This document shows positions 61,656 to 64,000 of a DNA stretch of 64,000 bases, piece by piece. This DNA comes from Asterias rubens (Eukaryota). A model generated the notes under the pieces. It searched no databases. It had not been told where the DNA came from and worked only from the letters and a program-made list of their open reading frames with translations. A program made the translations under genes and the position numbers. The stretch lies in NCBI RefSeq assembly GCF_902459465.1, contig NC_047077.1:5208001-5272000 (forward strand). The letters are read 5' to 3'. The first letter of the stretch is position 1. Each line of letters starts with the position of its first letter.

Positions 61656-62083
61656 TGCATATAGACGATGTGACCTGTGACATCACATGTTTACAAAAGA
61701 GCCACAGAGCGTGGACTTCCTGCAGGCAGGAATACACTGTCAACATACACTTGACATAAGAGCGGAATTCACTGCTTCCTAGGTGCCAATTCTTTGCTAA
61801 TGGTGAGCAGAGCCATTAAAGTTGGCCTTGCTTTTTGAATGGCAATGGGCATTGGTTCAAATCCTACCCAAGCAAGTATACAGTCTAACAGTGATTCACA
61901 CAAATTGGTGAATGGGTAAAAGACAAATAATATCAGAGGATTTCAGTCTATCGGAGGATTTTGTTCCACACAAATCTGAGAGCACTTGCCATACAATACT
62001 TCTTTTGTAAATAATATTGGGCGAAAAGTGTAACACATTTTAATCACAAAAACTATAAAACAGTATAAACGTAATCCTTGTAA

Positions 62084-62461
62084 AGGAACACGTTGCCTTG
62101 GATCGGACGAGTTGGTCTTTGAAAAGTGTTTGTAACCGTTTGTTATAAAATGCATATGATTGGAAAGATATTTGACAAGTAGAATAAAATGATCCACACA
62201 AGTATCACTCGAAATTGCGTGGTTTTCCTTTTACCTCGTCGACTAACACGGTTGGCTATTTATGGGAGTCACATTTTTGACTCCCATAAATGGCCGACTG
62301 TGTTAGTTCGCAAAGTAAAAGGAAAACCACACATTTTTGAGGCAAATTTGTGTGGATCGTTGTATTCTACTTTTAAAACATCTTTCCAACCATATGCATT
62401 TTATTAAAAAAAACGGTTAAAAACACTTTTTAACTCGTCCGAACCAAGGCAACATGTTCCT
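62084..62461. mobile_element. Kolobok-type palindromic MITE family C
   Basis: AGGAACACGTTGCCTTGG ... CCAAGGCAACATGTTCCT with long self-complementary arms. Confidence 0.85.
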
Positions 62462-62869
62462 TTACATAAAATCATAAAAAGGTTCAAATAATTTAAATTT
62501 GTATTTAAGACTATCTTCAAGTTGCCTGGCAACATAATCTTAAAACCTTTGGGATGATACTAGACCAATGATGCCCAGCCCCATTTCAACAGGCTTCAGA
62601 TGAAAGGCATTAGAAAACAATCAATGAAAAGAGGAACAGGGGAAAAAAAGCGGGGGTAAAAAAAACTGACCAAATTTGATTGGAAAAACCTCGGGGAAAT
62701 CTAATGGATTTTATTCCAGGGAACTAGGTCAAGATTATCCTTGGAAATAAATCTACGCACCACGAGATTAAAAAAATGAGGGAACTTTAAGGAAAGAAGG
62801 GTGAATGTGATTGAATTTTAATTTGACTTTTAATCAAGAAGAAAAACAAATTAAAGGTGTAATTCATCT

Positions 62870-63900
62870 TTGGTTTTTAGAAGAGTATATTAATTTCAAT
62901 CCTCCAGATTATGAAAATGATATCATAAAGGGGTGGTATGTTATTGGTTTTTGGAAGAGTGCATTCATTCCAATCATAGAGTTTACACAAAACATGTCAT
63001 CAAGGGATGATGCACCATTGTGGTTTGGAAGAGAACATTCATTCCAATCATCTAGTTTTCAAGAAAGATAGCATAAAAGCCTCCTCAAGACATTTCTTTT
63101 TCCCCACCCATCCTAGTTTGTTTGTTTTTCTTTTGTTGTCATAGTCTCATGTAAAGCGCTCTGTTCATCGTAGAGCGCTATATAAATGCTTCATATTATT
63201 AGTACTATTATTATTATTATTAAAGGGATGGTACATCATTGATTATTTGAATGGTACGTTCATTCTAATTCTCCAGTTTTCAAGAAGGATATCATAAAGG
63301 GATTGTACATCATTGGTTTATAGAAGAGTATATTCGTTCCAATCCTCTGGTTTTCAAAGAACATATAAAATAATTGGTAAATAATGGGTTTATGGAAGAG
63401 TGCAGACATACAAATACTCTAGTTTTTAAGAAGGACATCATAAAGACGTGGTACACTACTCGTTTTGAGAAGAGTACATTCATTCCAATCCTCTAATATT
63501 TTGAACAAACAAAGTGGTGGTACATTATTGGTTTCCTGGAAGAGTACATTCATTTTGAAATCCTCAATAACCTGGTAAAAACATTGCAATGATTCAGCTT
63601 ACCTTGAGACTACAGTAGCTCGGTGTTGTACATGTATGTTACATAAGCGGCACACCTGCAAACACGTATGTTGTTACCGTCACTTTCTGTACAGGTTGTC
63701 ACCTGCTTGGATGCCTTTCTGTACTCTACATCAAACGGATGACTTCTTGTGCTAAAGTAAGCGTTTTCAAATATGTTTTTATACTCCAATAGTCCTCAGT
63801 TGTGTCTGTCGGAGAAAGTGAAGTCATTGGTCATTGGGTTTCTGAAAGAGTACATTCCTCCCAACATACTAGCTTTCAAGAAATATAACATAAAGAGCTG
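62870..63900. repeat. Degenerate satellite, unit about 70-74 bp, interrupted by a retroposon tail
   Basis: gaagagtacattcattccaatcctc...gatatcataaagg...ggtacatcattgg recurs at about 62880, 62953, 63028, 63249, 63323, 63394, 63469, 63539 and 63846. Confidence 0.8.
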
Positions 63901-63904
63901 TTAC

Positions 63905-64000
63905 GTGACACTGTGTCCTTGAGCAAGACACTTAACCATTGCTTCGCTGGATGGGACGTAAAGCCGTTGGTCCCATGTGTTGTGTAACGCATGTAAAAGA
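63905..64000 (+). mobile_element. SINE fragment running off the window end
   Basis: gtgtccttgagcaagacacttaaccattgc core. Confidence 0.65.

Overview
AT-rich, intron-rich animal genomic DNA, not prokaryotic. Gene content and repeat families suggest an invertebrate deuterostome, probably a sea star (inference, from my recognition of the repeats). Five protein-coding genes can be reconstructed with canonical GT-AG junctions and continuous frames: (1) a 4-exon Ser/Thr-rich single-pass mucin-like membrane protein (+, 760-3986); (2) a 2-exon pogo/Tigger (CENP-B-like)-derived protein with two HTH domains and a C-terminal PIP box but no DDE domain (+, 8270-9759); (3) an intronless orphan class A GPCR (-, 20453-21520); (4) Integrator subunit 9, INTS9 (-, 19 coding exons, 34086-55982, 668 aa); (5) RDM1 (+, 6 exons, 56223-60606, 310 aa), head-to-head with INTS9 across 240 bp. 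The rest is dense with non-autonomous DNA transposons (TTAA Kolobok-type, Harbinger-type, hAT-type, a 9-bp-TSD hairpin family), tRNA-derived SINEs, an RTE fragment and tandem repeats. Most notable observations: an array of about eight 94-bp copies of an INTS9 3' splice site, where every upstream copy leads to a premature stop; an in-frame duplicated half-exon of INTS9 with its own AG and GT; a minimal Penelope-type hammerhead ribozyme motif; and the catalytically empty, PCNA-box-bearing domesticated transposase. All coordinates were read by hand, so repeat ends may be off by a few bases, and no database search was run.
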